This document shows, piece by piece, positions 31,269 to 42,071 of a DNA stretch of 64,000 nucleotides. The notes under the pieces are model-generated. The model did not search any database. It was not told where the DNA came from and saw only the letters and a program-made list of their open reading frames with translations. The position numbers and the translations under genes were made by a program. Every line of letters begins with the position of its first letter. Positions within the stretch are counted from its first letter, which is position 1. This DNA comes from Naegleria gruberi (Eukaryota). The stretch is taken from NCBI GenBank assembly GCA_000004985.1, contig GG738885.1; one strand, 5' to 3'.

Positions 31269-31379
31269 GTTCCGGATTTAATTTGATCAAATTAAATATT
31301 ATTAAAAATTCTGTGGTGTAAGCTTGATTATTCAAATTTTTTTTAAAATCTAAAAATACAAAAATCAAATATTAAAAAA

Positions 31380-31769
31380 ATGAGTTATTATGGCAACTAT
31401 CCAGCTCATCACGGCTATGGCGGATATCAACCAAACATGATGCAACCTCCACAACAGCAACAACAACAATATGAAGATGAAGAGGATCATGGAAATAATG
31501 TTGCTGACGAATCCGATGTTATTCCAACTCATTTTAGACAATTGAGAGCTTGTTTGACTTGTGGTCTTGTTAAAACTACTGATCAATTTAAACAAAATGG
31601 ATGCGAAAATTGTCCAAAGGATAATGATACGCTTTCTAATACAACAACATCATTTGAAGGATTAATTACATTGATGAATCCACAAAAGAGTTGGGTCGCT
31701 AGGTATCAAAACTTGCAAGACAAAGTTGAAGGAGTTTATGCAATCACTGTTCACGGACAACAAAATTAA
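31380..31769 (+). CDS. SPT4: Transcription elongation factor Spt4 (DSIF small subunit) with an N-terminal Q-rich extension
   Basis: LRACLTCGLVKTTDQFKQNGCENCPKDN...SFEGLITLMNPQKSWVARYQNL...GVYAITVHG aligns to Spt4 (RACLLC.LVKT.DQF...GFENC.......TS.F.G.....P..SWVAKW......G.YA..V.G). A four-Cys zinc finger is present. Confidence 0.75.
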   Translation: MSYYGNYPAHHGYGGYQPNMMQPPQQQQQQYEDEEDHGNNVADESDVIPTHFRQLRACLTCGLVKTTDQFKQNGCENCPKDNDTLSNTTTSFEGLITLMNPQKSWVARYQNLQDKVEGVYAITVHGQQN

Positions 31770-31949
31770 TACTAGGAAAAAATTTCATCAATTTGTAAAT
31801 AAATCGTCATAATCATCATTTCCGAATCAATTATTATCATGGTGTAATCTTCAATAATAATTAAATAATTAATGTTGAAGAACCGCCCAATTTATTGTTA
31901 TTTAAAAATTTAAAATAATAAAATTTGGCTTTAAAAAATATTTGAAAGG

Positions 31950-32420
31950 CTCCCGTTGATTGTTGCCAAGGAAATAATTCATCATGTTGGTGGTTATTTC
32001 CTTTCTTCTTGTATGATTTGGCTTTCATACACATGTTGATGTGGAATAAATATTCTTATTCATTGCTCCCACGCTCGGTAGTTTTAGCTACCACCCAACC
32101 CTAAGGTGTTTTTGGCGTGTCGATTTTCATGTCGATACTGCTGATGAACAACAATGTTTTCGAAGGTCATTAGAGTGGATTTTGCAGAACCTTCTACTCT
32201 AATTATGTGTTAGGTTCTGCTTGGTAATGGGTTGGAATATTTATTTCACTGATGTGATGTTTGCTGGTTTTTATCATTGATACAGCGACTCGTACGTATC
32301 TTCTCTATGGAGGATATGAAGGGTTAGCCCTGTTATTGTCACTTATCGGTAGTAGGACCTGTCAAGCATAGAAGGCAGTCGACAACACTTGAATATTTAA
32401 GAGAAAATTCACACACTTTA
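31950..32420. ncRNA. Candidate structured non-coding RNA locus: an ORF-free, GC-elevated island between convergent genes. Identity unknown.
   Basis: No ORF of 60 aa or more lies on either strand across 31770-32442. GC is about 40%, against roughly 20% in other intergenic DNA here. It contains box-C-like GCTGATGA, an Sm-site-like GTGTTTTTGG, and short hairpins (GGTAG-TTTTA-CTACC; TGTCAAGCATAGAAGGCAGTCGACA). Strand and ends are undetermined. Confidence 0.2.
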
Positions 32421-32442
32421 CACAAGACACCTTATACACTAA

Positions 32443-33453
32443 TCACATTAATGACCTTTTAGAACTAGTAGTACTTTTGGAAGATGGTGGTCTAACAAAA
32501 TCAAAATCACTACCAATGTCTCTTCTATTCCTTGTTGAACTGGGAAGAGAATGATTTTGTCTAAGTGGAGATTTTAATGAATCATGTAAAGCACTCCTCC
32601 ATCCACTAAATGAGCTTCTCGTATCAATTCTTCTACTTGCTGCTGAATTGGAACTTTCCTCAGTTTTAGGCCTTCCTTGAGGACCTGCAGAGCTTGCTCT
32701 CTTCTGTTTTGAATAGAATAATTGAGGTCTCGAAATATTTACAGATCTAGTCATACTTCCAAAAGTTGAAACATCGTGTAAGTTTTCATACACTTGGTCT
32801 CTATGTACACCCTTATCAAATTTTTGTTGTGGTCTTATTCTTGGAGTTGAAGGTGGATGCTGAATATTTACAACACTTTTTGGTCTCCTCAATTGAGCAG
32901 ATTGTGATCTTTTTGTTGAAGGAATTCCTATTGAAGGAAGTGGAGGGACTGGTGGAGCTTGATCGAACTCATCTATTATTTTATAATCTTCCAAAACTGC
33001 ATCCGGAATATTAATAGTGTCACCATCCTCTAATAAACTATCGTCATGTTCCTCATGAGCTCTAATTCTTTCCTCCATCGACCTTAGTTGCTCTCTGACA
33101 AATTGATATTCTGCCTTATATCTATTCATGTTTACTTCATATCTAGGATTAATTTTCTGTTTTGGGAAAGCAAAACTTTCCTTCTTTTTCTTAAACTTTT
33201 TTTTATCATCATACATTATTTGGTCCGATTCCATATTTACAGTTTTTGAAAGGCTTGTCGATGTTATTGTTGTTGTATCTTGTCTTTTCAAATTTTGATG
33301 TTGGTCTGATCCTGTTGGTCTCCAAATAACTGATTCCAAAACTCTTCCTTTTTTCCTACTATATGCATGTTGTTCATTCTCTTCATCATTTCCTGTTGTG
33401 GTCGGAATAGTTCTCGGTTGTTTTACTTCCACTGACAAGTACAGAGGAGGCAT
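32443..33453 (-). CDS. Hypothetical basic Ser/Arg/Pro-rich protein (336 aa)
   Basis: Continuous ORF with ATG at 33453. The composition is low-complexity basic (RRPKSVVNIQHPPSTPRIRPQQK; SSKSTTSSKRS). No recognisable domain. Confidence 0.4.
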   Translation of the reverse strand: MPPLYLSVEVKQPRTIPTTTGNDEENEQHAYSRKKGRVLESVIWRPTGSDQHQNLKRQDTTTITSTSLSKTVNMESDQIMYDDKKKFKKKKESFAFPKQKINPRYEVNMNRYKAEYQFVREQLRSMEERIRAHEEHDDSLLEDGDTINIPDAVLEDYKIIDEFDQAPPVPPLPSIGIPSTKRSQSAQLRRPKSVVNIQHPPSTPRIRPQQKFDKGVHRDQVYENLHDVSTFGSMTRSVNISRPQLFYSKQKRASSAGPQGRPKTEESSNSAASRRIDTRSSFSGWRSALHDSLKSPLRQNHSLPSSTRNRRDIGSDFDFVRPPSSKSTTSSKRSLM

Positions 33454-33830
33454 TTTTAAAGTAAGGTAAATTAAGAAGTTATTTTTCTAAAATGTTGGTT
33501 GATGACTGAGAACATTCAGTTAACGTTCAATCAAAGGGTTCTCGAGATAATCCAAATAAGGATTTAGTATTGTCTCATTGAGGTTTGGATTTAAAAAGAT
33601 AAATTAACCTGTCATTACTTTCATTCAATTTTGAATAATTCAATTTGCAATTTTGATAATGGAGAACAATGCTATTAATTTCTAATACCAACAAATAAAA
33701 GATTATTTGAAATAAAGAATGATGAAGTTAGTGAATTTCTTTTTAATTCAGCTTGGATTCAATTTAGCGAACGACATTATTGATCATTCAACTCTCCACA
33801 AGAATAATTAATTTTATTCTCACAAAAAAA

Positions 33831-36264
33831 ATGTTGTATGTATTCATCAATCATCATCACGAATTTTTTTTAACGCAAAATTAGATTTAAACTTGATGGC
33901 TTGGAGGTCTTCTTTCCATATGACAAAATATATCCTGAACAATATGATTATATGCGAGATCTTTATAGTTCTATCAGAAAGGGAGGTCATTGTCTTCTAG
34001 AAATGCCTTCGGGTACTGGTAAAACAATTTCTCTCTTATCTTTGATTACATCTTATCAATTAACAGAGGAAGGAAAGAGTAGAAAATTAATTTATTGCAC
34101 AAGAACTGTACCGGAAATGGAAAAAGTATTGGAGGAATTAGGTTCATTGATTGAATACAGAAAAAAGTATACTGACAGTCCCATTATTGGGGTTGGCTTG
34201 AGCAGTAGAAAAAATCTTTGTATTCACCCAAAAAGTCAAAGTTTTCTTCATGATGGTGCCCAAGTTGACAGTGTTTGTAGAGGTTTAACAGCCAGTTGGC
34301 TTAGAGCTGAAGCTAAAGAAAAGGTAGAATCTAGTAATGGTACTATTCAACCAGTGATTTCAAATAATAATGCTACAGCAACAGTGGATGACATTGAATT
34401 ATGTAATTATTTTGAAAGATTTATTGAAGCCAATCCTACTGACACAATATTACCAAATGGTGTTTATACTATGAGAGATTTGAAAGTTTTCGGAAAAAAG
34501 AAGGGGTGGTGTCCTTACTTTCTTTCAAGAAGAGCCATTGAATATGCAAATGTTGTTGTCTACAGTTATTCATACCTTTTGGATCCAAAAATTTCTTCAA
34601 TTATTTCAAAGAATTTACCAGCTAACTCTATCGTAGTATTTGACGAAGCTCACAACATTGATAACGTCTGTATTGAAGCATTATCAATTAATATCGACAG
34701 AGATATACTTGGTGTAGCTAAATCCAATCTTACAAAACTAGAAGAAAATATTGCTAACATGGAAAAAGTAAATAGTCAAAGATTACAGGAGGAATATAGA
34801 AGACTTGTGGATGGACTAGGTGCTGTTGGAGTTGGAAGAAGTTCTGATGTGATAAGATCTGATGATGAATTACTTTCTAATCCAGTATTGCCAGGTGATA
34901 TTATGACAGAGGCTGTACCTGGTAATATCAGAAAAGCTCACCACTTTGTAAAATTTATGAAGAGATTTGCAACCCATGTAAACAAAAGATTACAAACACA
35001 AAAGTCTGTCAATGAGACACCTGAACAATTTTTGAACCATGTTCTTGAAAATATAGATATTGATTCAAGGTCTCTAAGATTTTGCTCTGAACGTTTATTA
35101 TCACTTATGAATACTCTAGAAATCAAGAATATATACGAGTTTAATGGAATTAAGATTATAATGGATTTTGCCACATTGATTGGTACTTATCAGGAAGGAT
35201 TTGTAATTATTATAGAACCACACGATCCAAGAACACCAACAAATCCTGATCCAGTTCTCCAATTCAGTTGTATGGATGCATCTTTAGCTATTAGCAAACC
35301 TATTTTCGGTAGATTCAAAACTGTAGTATTAACAAGTGGTACACTCTCACCTTTGGATATGTATCCAAAATTATTGAAATTCAAACCAATCATTTCTAAA
35401 TCTCTTGAAATGACTTTAACCAGAGAATGTATTTGCCCACTTGTATTGACCAGAGGTAGTGATCAAGTGGCAGTCACAACAAAATATAGATTCAGAAATG
35501 ATGCCTCTGTTCAAAGAAACTATGGAAGCTTACTTTTGGAATTATCCAAATACATCCCTGATGGCATCGTCTGCTTTTTCACATCATATCAATATATGGA
35601 GGATATTGTTTCCTTTTGGAACAGTGTTGGTTTATTGAGTTCTATCACCAACCACAAACTTGTATTTATTGAAACTCCAAATACTGCTGAAACTGCAATT
35701 GCCTTGGAAAATTATAGAAAGGCATGTGATTGTGGTAGAGGAGCTATTTTCTTTAGTATTGCAAGAGGAAAGGTTGCAGAAGGTATTGACTTTGACGGTC
35801 ATTACGGTAGATGTGTTGTAATGATTGGAGTTCCATTTCAAAATACTGAAAGTAAGATTCTTAAAGCCAGATTGAATTATTTGAGACAAAACTTTGCAAT
35901 CAAAGAAGAAACATTCCTTACATTTGATGCTCTTAGACATGCTTCACAATGTATTGGGCGTGTTATCAGAAATAAGGCCGATTATGGTATCATGGTTTTG
36001 GCAGATAAAAGATATAATCAACCAGATAAGAGAAATAAGCTTCCAAAATGGATTGCTAAACAAATCAAGGATACCTATCTCAATTTATCAACTGATATGA
36101 TTATTGGTATTGCCAGGAAATATTTGAAGGAAATGGCTCAACCATACACTGCTACTAATCAATTATTGGGACCTGAGGAGATCGAACAACGATCAAAGAA
36201 GAGAAATTTCGAAGATGTTACAGATTTACCAACAGAAGATTCTCAACCTCCTCAAAAGAAATAA
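33831..36264 (+). CDS. ERCC2: TFIIH / nucleotide-excision-repair helicase XPD (Rad3/ERCC2); a 5-nt first exon (ATGTT, 33831-33835) plus a main exon 33885-36264
   Basis: The main exon aligns along its length with XPD. ...LDGLEVFFPYDKIYPEQYDYMRDL...[18 protein letters not shown]...YCTRTVPEMEKV... matches human [46 protein letters not shown]. The DEAH box is VFDEAHNIDNVCIE, and the Fe-S cysteines and C-terminal HD2 motifs are present. There is no in-frame ATG upstream of the main exon (TAA at 33871). ATG TT|GTATGT...AATTAG|A TTT AAA gives MLFKLDGL, against human MKLNVDGL. Confidence 0.8.
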
Positions 36265-36966
36265 AGCTAACATTCATAACTTCCATTTCTGTTATTATCT
36301 CAAACTGTTAAGGGACCTTTTAAGTTTATTGAACATACTGCAGACTGTAGTTCATGTAGTTCAATGTATTAACAGCATTGTAATAGACTTGTCAGTGCCC
36401 AACAGCTAATGCCCTTTTTCAAAAAGAAAGTATTTTACATAAAAGGTTATTGTGAATCAAAATCTTTTGTTTCGTCGGTGATAACATATCCTGGTTGAAT
36501 CAATCTACTTGTCATTGTCTTCCCTTTCAAAATCAACTTCTTGTTAACTCTTACTCATAGTATTATTGATTGAAACTTATTTGTACATTTTTGTATTTGG
36601 TTTTTTTTGTATTAGAGTTTTACAGCTGGTTGAAGTCGCTCACAATAATATGTTGAGAGAAAAATCTCCACCTATCCTTACTAAGCGCATGAAGCAAATA
36701 TTTGTTCGTTAACCTTGTTATCCATTAGAAGGTTTAATATGAGTAACAATGGATCATTTCATTGAACACTAGAAGCAACAAGACTTGAGTGCACTCACGT
36801 GTTCTTGCAATGATGATGAAATTGTCTGTAGTGAGAAGAAAAAAGTTTTGGCGGAAAACAACCACCGTCCTGAAACATCTAATCACCAATAAAATTAAAA
36901 AAAAATAATTGTTGTTGTATTCAACATTTATCTCTAATCAGACCACTTCTTTTCTCCAAAAACAAA

Positions 36967-38706
36967 ATGTCTGATACCACTATTACAACATCAACCGTTC
37001 CTTCTAGGAAAGTCTTTATGGATGATGATATCAGAGGTATTAACTTTCAAGAAAGAGTGATGAAGGATGTTCCAGCTCCTGTATGGAATTATATTCCTGC
37101 AAATGACCTTTTCGATAATGATGGACTTCCAAACATACAAAATTTAAAGAAACATTTACTCAGAGAAGGCAGAATAAATCCAAAAGATGCCATCAGACTC
37201 ATAAACAAGGCTGCAGAAATTTTGAGAGATGAACCAAACTTGTTGCAATTACAAGATCCAATTACAGGTAGGTTTCTATTGTACAATAGAAAATAACAAT
37301 AATTGATCCTCCCTATCTAACTATATAACAATTTTAAATTTTATACAACATTTTGTATCAAACACAATAGTATGCGGAGATGTTCACGGACAATACTATG
37401 ACTTGGTTAAATTGTTTGAAATTGGTGGTGATCCTTCTGGAGATGTTAAATATCTTTTCTTGGGAGATTACGTTGATAGAGGTTATTTTGGTACAGAAGT
37501 TTGTTTCTTGTTATTGTCCTACAAAATCAGATATCCAAATTCCTTCTTCATGTTGAGAGGTAATCACGGTATGTATTTAATATTAATATTATTATTAATT
37601 ATTTCTTTATAGAATGTCGCCACTTGTCTGCCTATTTCAACTTTAAACAAGAATGTCTTTTCAAATATAGTGATGAGATCTATGATTGTTTCATGAATTG
37701 TTTTGATTGCTTACCATTGGGAGCTTTATTGAACGGTAGATTTTTGTGTGTTCATGGTGGTCTTTCACCTGATATTAAGACATTGGATGATATTAATGAT
37801 ATTGATAGATACCGAGAACCTCCAAGCAATGGTCCAATGTGTGATTTATTGTGGTCTGATCCTATGGATGATGAAGAAGAAGAGATTAATCCCGACAGTG
37901 AATACGTAAATAACGAATTAAGAGGATGTTCCTACGTTTTCAGCTTTGAGGCCGTTAATAGCTTCTTGAAGGAAAATAACTTGCTCTCTGTTATCAGAGC
38001 TCACGAAGCTCAAGATGAGGGCTATCGTTTATATAAGAAGGGTCCATCTACAGGTTTTCCAACTGTTATTTGCATTTTCTCTGCTCCAAACTATTGTGAT
38101 GTTTATAATAACAAGGGTGCTATCATTAGATTCCAAAATAACTTGATGAACATTAGACAATTTAACTGTTCTGCTCACCCATACTTCTTACCTAACTTTA
38201 TGAACACATTTAACTGGTCCTTACCATTTGTTGTTGAAAAGGTCATGGACATGTTCAATGTTATTTTGAACTTGTGTGATGAACAAGAAGATGCTGACTC
38301 TGATACTGAAGAACCAACTTTGGGTCAAACAAGTATTACTCCAGAAAGAGCTGATCTTATTAAGACTAAGATTCGTAGTGTTGGTCGTCTTTGCAGAATG
38401 TATACCACTTTGAGAGAAGAACATGAATCGATAGTTATGCTTAAGGGTTTGGCTGGTGGTGTTTTACCAAGAGGATTACTGTCACAAGGTCCAAACGCTA
38501 TTCGAAATGCTATTATTGATTTTGAAACAGCTAGAAAACTTGATGAAGTTAACGAAAAGATGCCAATGCAATACAAGAAGGAAAGAGAAACAAATCCACC
38601 AAGAAAGCTCAAGAGAACTGAATCAGAAATTGTCAGAGATTTATCTAACCCTTTTAAGAAGCCTGAAATTAAGGTTGAAAATGACAATATGGATTGCAAA
38701 AACTAA
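36967..38706 (+). CDS. Serine/threonine protein phosphatase 2B (calcineurin A) catalytic subunit; exons 36967-37267, 37371-37568, 37613-38706
   Basis: The spliced product carries PP2B hallmarks: ...DPITG|[20 protein letters not shown]...[16 protein letters not shown]...LRGNH|[20 protein letters not shown]...[15 protein letters not shown]...WSDP...[22 protein letters not shown]. The C-terminus has calcineurin-B-binding and calmodulin-binding segments. Introns are 103 nt (GTAGGT...CAATAG) and 44 nt (GTATGT...TTATAG). Confidence 0.85.
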
Positions 38707-38899
38707 ACCAACACTCACTTGTAACAATTATTAATTGTTGTTGCATTACAAAATTGTACTCAATAAATTTGTTAAATAGACTATTATCAATACCAAAGTT
38801 TTCGTGCTCAATTTGTTTTTAATGAAGAAAGTTTTTACAAACAAGAGATTAATAATTCCAAGTTTATTCAACAAATTACATCAGATTGTTTTGTGACAT

Positions 38900-39403
38900 T
38901 TAGACATTTTCGAGTTCGACCAGCACACCTCCACAGTCCTTTGGATGTAAAAAGATAACAGGCTTTCCGTGAGCTCCAATTTTTGGTTTCTTATCAAGAG
39001 ATCTAATTCCTTTTTGTGTTACAACTTCCAATGCCTTATTGATATCTTCAACTTCAATACAAACATGATGAATACCACCAGATGGATTCTTTGTCAAAAA
39101 GTTTTCAATTGGTGACTTGTCTCCGAATGGATATAATAATTCAAATTTTGTATTTTCCAATTCAACAAAAACAACTGTAACACCATGTTCTGGCAATGTT
39201 TGTGGCTGACTGACGAGTTTAGCCTTTAAAATATCTCTGTAGAATGATGAAGCTTTTTCAAGATCCGGAACAGCAATTGCAACGTGGTTAAGTCTTCCTA
39301 ATTTTAATTCGTCGACAATTGAAGTAGAATATTGTCTACGAGTAACGGAAGTCATATTACGTCCGAATGATTTGAGAAGGTTGGATGCTGATTGTCTGAA
39401 CAT
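38900..39403 (-). CDS. MCEE: Methylmalonyl-CoA epimerase (glyoxalase/VOC fold), mitochondrial-type with presequence
   Basis: LGRLNHVAIAVPDLEKASSFYRDILKAKLVSQPQTLPEHGVTVVFVELENTKFELLYPFGDKSPIENFLTKNPSGGIHHVCIEVEDINKA...GAHGKPVIFLHPKDCGGVLVELE is near-collinear with human MCEE (LGRLNHVAIAVPDLEKAAAFYKNILGA..PLPEHGVSVVFVNLGNTKMELLHPLG..SPIAGFLQKNKAGGMHHICIEVDNI...GAHGKPVIFLHPKDCGGVLVELE). The N-terminal 30 aa are basic and hydroxylated with no acidic residues. Confidence 0.85.
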   Translation of the reverse strand: MFRQSASNLLKSFGRNMTSVTRRQYSTSIVDELKLGRLNHVAIAVPDLEKASSFYRDILKAKLVSQPQTLPEHGVTVVFVELENTKFELLYPFGDKSPIENFLTKNPSGGIHHVCIEVEDINKALEVVTQKGIRSLDKKPKIGAHGKPVIFLHPKDCGGVLVELENV

Positions 39404-39534
39404 TTTTTTGAGAGTTGTTTATTTGGTTCTTTCTGCAATAGAATTAAAAATGGATAATACGTACTGCTTTGTGGTATTATGCAAATGGAATAGTTTACAA
39501 TAAAAATAAATTCATTTAAATATTATTTACATTT

Positions 39535-40656
39535 TTAATAATACAAATTAGAATTATATCTTCCGTAATACCTTGGACTTTCTGACCCAACATTAAAATT
39601 ACTGGAGCTACCATTTCTAGAAAAGGAAGGTGAAGATTTTGAATCATTATCAGAACTGCTTCCACTAGTATAGGATGATGAAGATGTTTGCTTTAGAGAT
39701 TTAACTTCTGATTGTAATCTTCGATTTTCCATTTCCAATATTTGAAATTTTTGCTTATATTCATGTTGAAGGAAAGATAATTGTTTTTCAGAATCTTCAA
39801 ACTTAGATTTGTATGTACTGGTTTTTTCTTGTTCTCGTTTGATCATTTGTTTTAATTGTTTAATTTCTTCAAGATGATCATTTTCAATATTCTTAATTTC
39901 TTCTCTATTTTCTGCCAAAATCTTTTCCTTTTCCTTTCTTGTTTGTACAAGTAATTGTTGATATTTTTCACTATTCTGATGAATTGCCTTTTCTAGAGTT
40001 TGAATTTGCTTTTCTAATAATGTTTTTTCCTTTTCAATATTTTTAGTATTTCTCAAATGTTGTGCATTAGATGATTGTAATTTTTCAACATTCTTTTCTA
40101 AATCTTTAATTTGTATTGCTAGTTGTGTCTTTTCCTTTTCTAATCTTGATCTATTTAATTGTTCTTGATGTAATTCCATAGATTTCTTAACTGTAGTATA
40201 GACTGTTATATCAGATCCGCTAGAATTACGATCCGATGATGATGAAGGTGATGAATAATTATTATTGGAAATTGATTGTTGTTGTTGCTGCTGTTGTTGT
40301 TGTTGAATTTTAGCTAATTTACTTTCATAGCCTTCAATAATATTAAATATTTTACTTCGTGATTCTAGTATTTCATTCTGTAACTTTTCAATTAGTGGAA
40401 CAAAATGACTATTAATTTGTAATTCTACTGATTCTACTAAATTTACAATTGGTGTTTCCGTCATCATTAATTGTTGTTGTTCCGATAAAAGAGAATTTGA
40501 TGGTGTTGTGGGTGATGAAAGATATAGTCCTCCTCCTCCGCCTCCATTATTAATAACTTGATCATCTCTACCACCACTATTATTTCTCTGATTAAGTGTA
40601 GATAATGATGAAGATAGAGGAGTGGAAGGTAAAGTTGAAAAAAGTTTTGATGACAT
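39535..40656 (-). CDS. Coiled-coil protein with a poly-Q tract and Ser/Asn-rich termini
   Basis: The track start at 40686 is TTG; ATG is at 40656 (MSSKLFSTL). The central ~200 aa have heptad-like K/E/L/Q periodicity (LEKEKTQLAIQIKDLEKNVEKLQS...). A Q(11) tract is encoded by the (CAA/CAG)n at about 40285-40315. Confidence 0.45.
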   Translation of the reverse strand: MSSKLFSTLPSTPLSSSLSTLNQRNNSGGRDDQVINNGGGGGGLYLSSPTTPSNSLLSEQQQLMMTETPIVNLVESVELQINSHFVPLIEKLQNEILESRSKIFNIIEGYESKLAKIQQQQQQQQQQSISNNNYSSPSSSSDRNSSGSDITVYTTVKKSMELHQEQLNRSRLEKEKTQLAIQIKDLEKNVEKLQSSNAQHLRNTKNIEKEKTLLEKQIQTLEKAIHQNSEKYQQLLVQTRKEKEKILAENREEIKNIENDHLEEIKQLKQMIKREQEKTSTYKSKFEDSEKQLSFLQHEYKQKFQILEMENRRLQSEVKSLKQTSSSSYTSGSSSDNDSKSSPSFSRNGSSSNFNVGSESPRYYGRYNSNLYY

Positions 40657-40946
40657 TTTTTTTGAATTTCCAATAAGGTTGCTCAAGTTGTTGTGTGTTA
40701 TCTATTTTTTGTTGATTTGTTAGTATTTTATGATCATCTAGTGAGGATGTTGATCAAGAGTTTGTTGTAATTGTTTTTTTTGAAAATCACATGACATGTT
40801 TGGGTATTTCTATATTAGGAGTGATTTGATATTATTAATGACCAAAAATAAAAAAATCTTCAAACGTGATCGAGCATTCCAAATATAAACCAGTTTATTT
40901 AACAAAGCCAGGATAGAGTTTTATTTAATAATTATAAATAAAAAAA

Positions 40947-41933
40947 ATGAGTCAAGATATAGAGCCTTCTGCCAATGATCTTTCTGTTTCGAATAGATTT
41001 GAAATAGTCTTTTCTGACGATGCACTTTTTGAAATTCTTTCTTTCCATGATGATTTTAAATTTATTGTAATGAATTGTGCACTTGTTTCAACACAGTGGA
41101 TGAATGTCATTAGGGAAAGAGTAAAACTACTTTCACTAACATGTTCTAATGCAAAATTGTGGAATTTCCAAACAAGGAAACTTGAATTTTTACCAAATAT
41201 TACAACTCTAACCGTTAAGAGGACAGTAAAATATAGTTTTTATTATGAACCTCTCAAAACAATGAACCAATTAACTAGTCTCAATATTAATGGACATTTT
41301 TTTTGTAAACATGGAATTCCACAACTTTGGAGAATTATTGATGAATTTAAACAATTAACTAATTTGAATATTGGAAACAATATTATTGGAGATATAGGAG
41401 TTGCTCGTATTAGTGAAATGAAACAATTGACTAGTCTGAATGTTTGTAATAATGATTTTAGTCAAGAAGGTGTTAAATCTATTAGTGGATTGAACCAATT
41501 AACACAACTAAATATAGTAAACAATAGAATTGGCTCAGAAGGAGTCAACCTTATTTGTGGGATGGTTCAATTGACCTCCCTTAATATTGCAACCAATTAT
41601 ATTGGTTTTGAGGGAGCTAAATTAATTAGTACTAGAATGAAACAATTGACAATTCTCGATATTTACAATAATAATATTGGACAAGAAGGAGCAGAATTCA
41701 TTAGTAAAATGAATCAATTAACAAAACTAAATATTGGAAAGAATAATATAGGTCAGCAGGGAGCCAAGTATATAAGTGAAATGAAACAATTAACCACTCT
41801 CAACATTAGTCGTAGTCATATTGGTAGAAAGGGAGAAAAATACATTAGAGAAATGAGACATTTAACTTTTCTTGATTTGGGAATTCCCAAAAAGATTTCA
41901 TCCAAATCAAAAAACTACCAAACCATGTTGTGA
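40947..41933 (+). CDS. F-box-like plus ribonuclease-inhibitor-type leucine-rich-repeat protein
   Basis: N-terminal FEIVFSDDALFEILSFHDDFKFIVMNCALVSTQWMNVI resembles an F-box. About ten 24-25-aa repeats follow, of the form MKQLT.LNI.NN.IG.EGAK.IS. Confidence 0.55.
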   Translation: MSQDIEPSANDLSVSNRFEIVFSDDALFEILSFHDDFKFIVMNCALVSTQWMNVIRERVKLLSLTCSNAKLWNFQTRKLEFLPNITTLTVKRTVKYSFYYEPLKTMNQLTSLNINGHFFCKHGIPQLWRIIDEFKQLTNLNIGNNIIGDIGVARISEMKQLTSLNVCNNDFSQEGVKSISGLNQLTQLNIVNNRIGSEGVNLICGMVQLTSLNIATNYIGFEGAKLISTRMKQLTILDIYNNNIGQEGAEFISKMNQLTKLNIGKNNIGQQGAKYISEMKQLTTLNISRSHIGRKGEKYIREMRHLTFLDLGIPKKISSKSKNYQTML

Positions 41934-42071
41934 ACTTTTTTCCGTTCAGCTTCAAGACCTTAGCTGGGATACAAATCAAAGCCACAGGTGTGAGAAAAAA
42001 CAATTATTCTTTTTTGATTTGTCTTTATATAAATATTTCAATGTTAGGATTGAATTTGTTTTTTATAAAAA

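Noticed and set aside
40285-40315. (CAA/CAG)n microsatellite
   Set aside because: It is the coding sequence for a poly-Q tract inside the coiled-coil protein gene, not an independent repeat feature.
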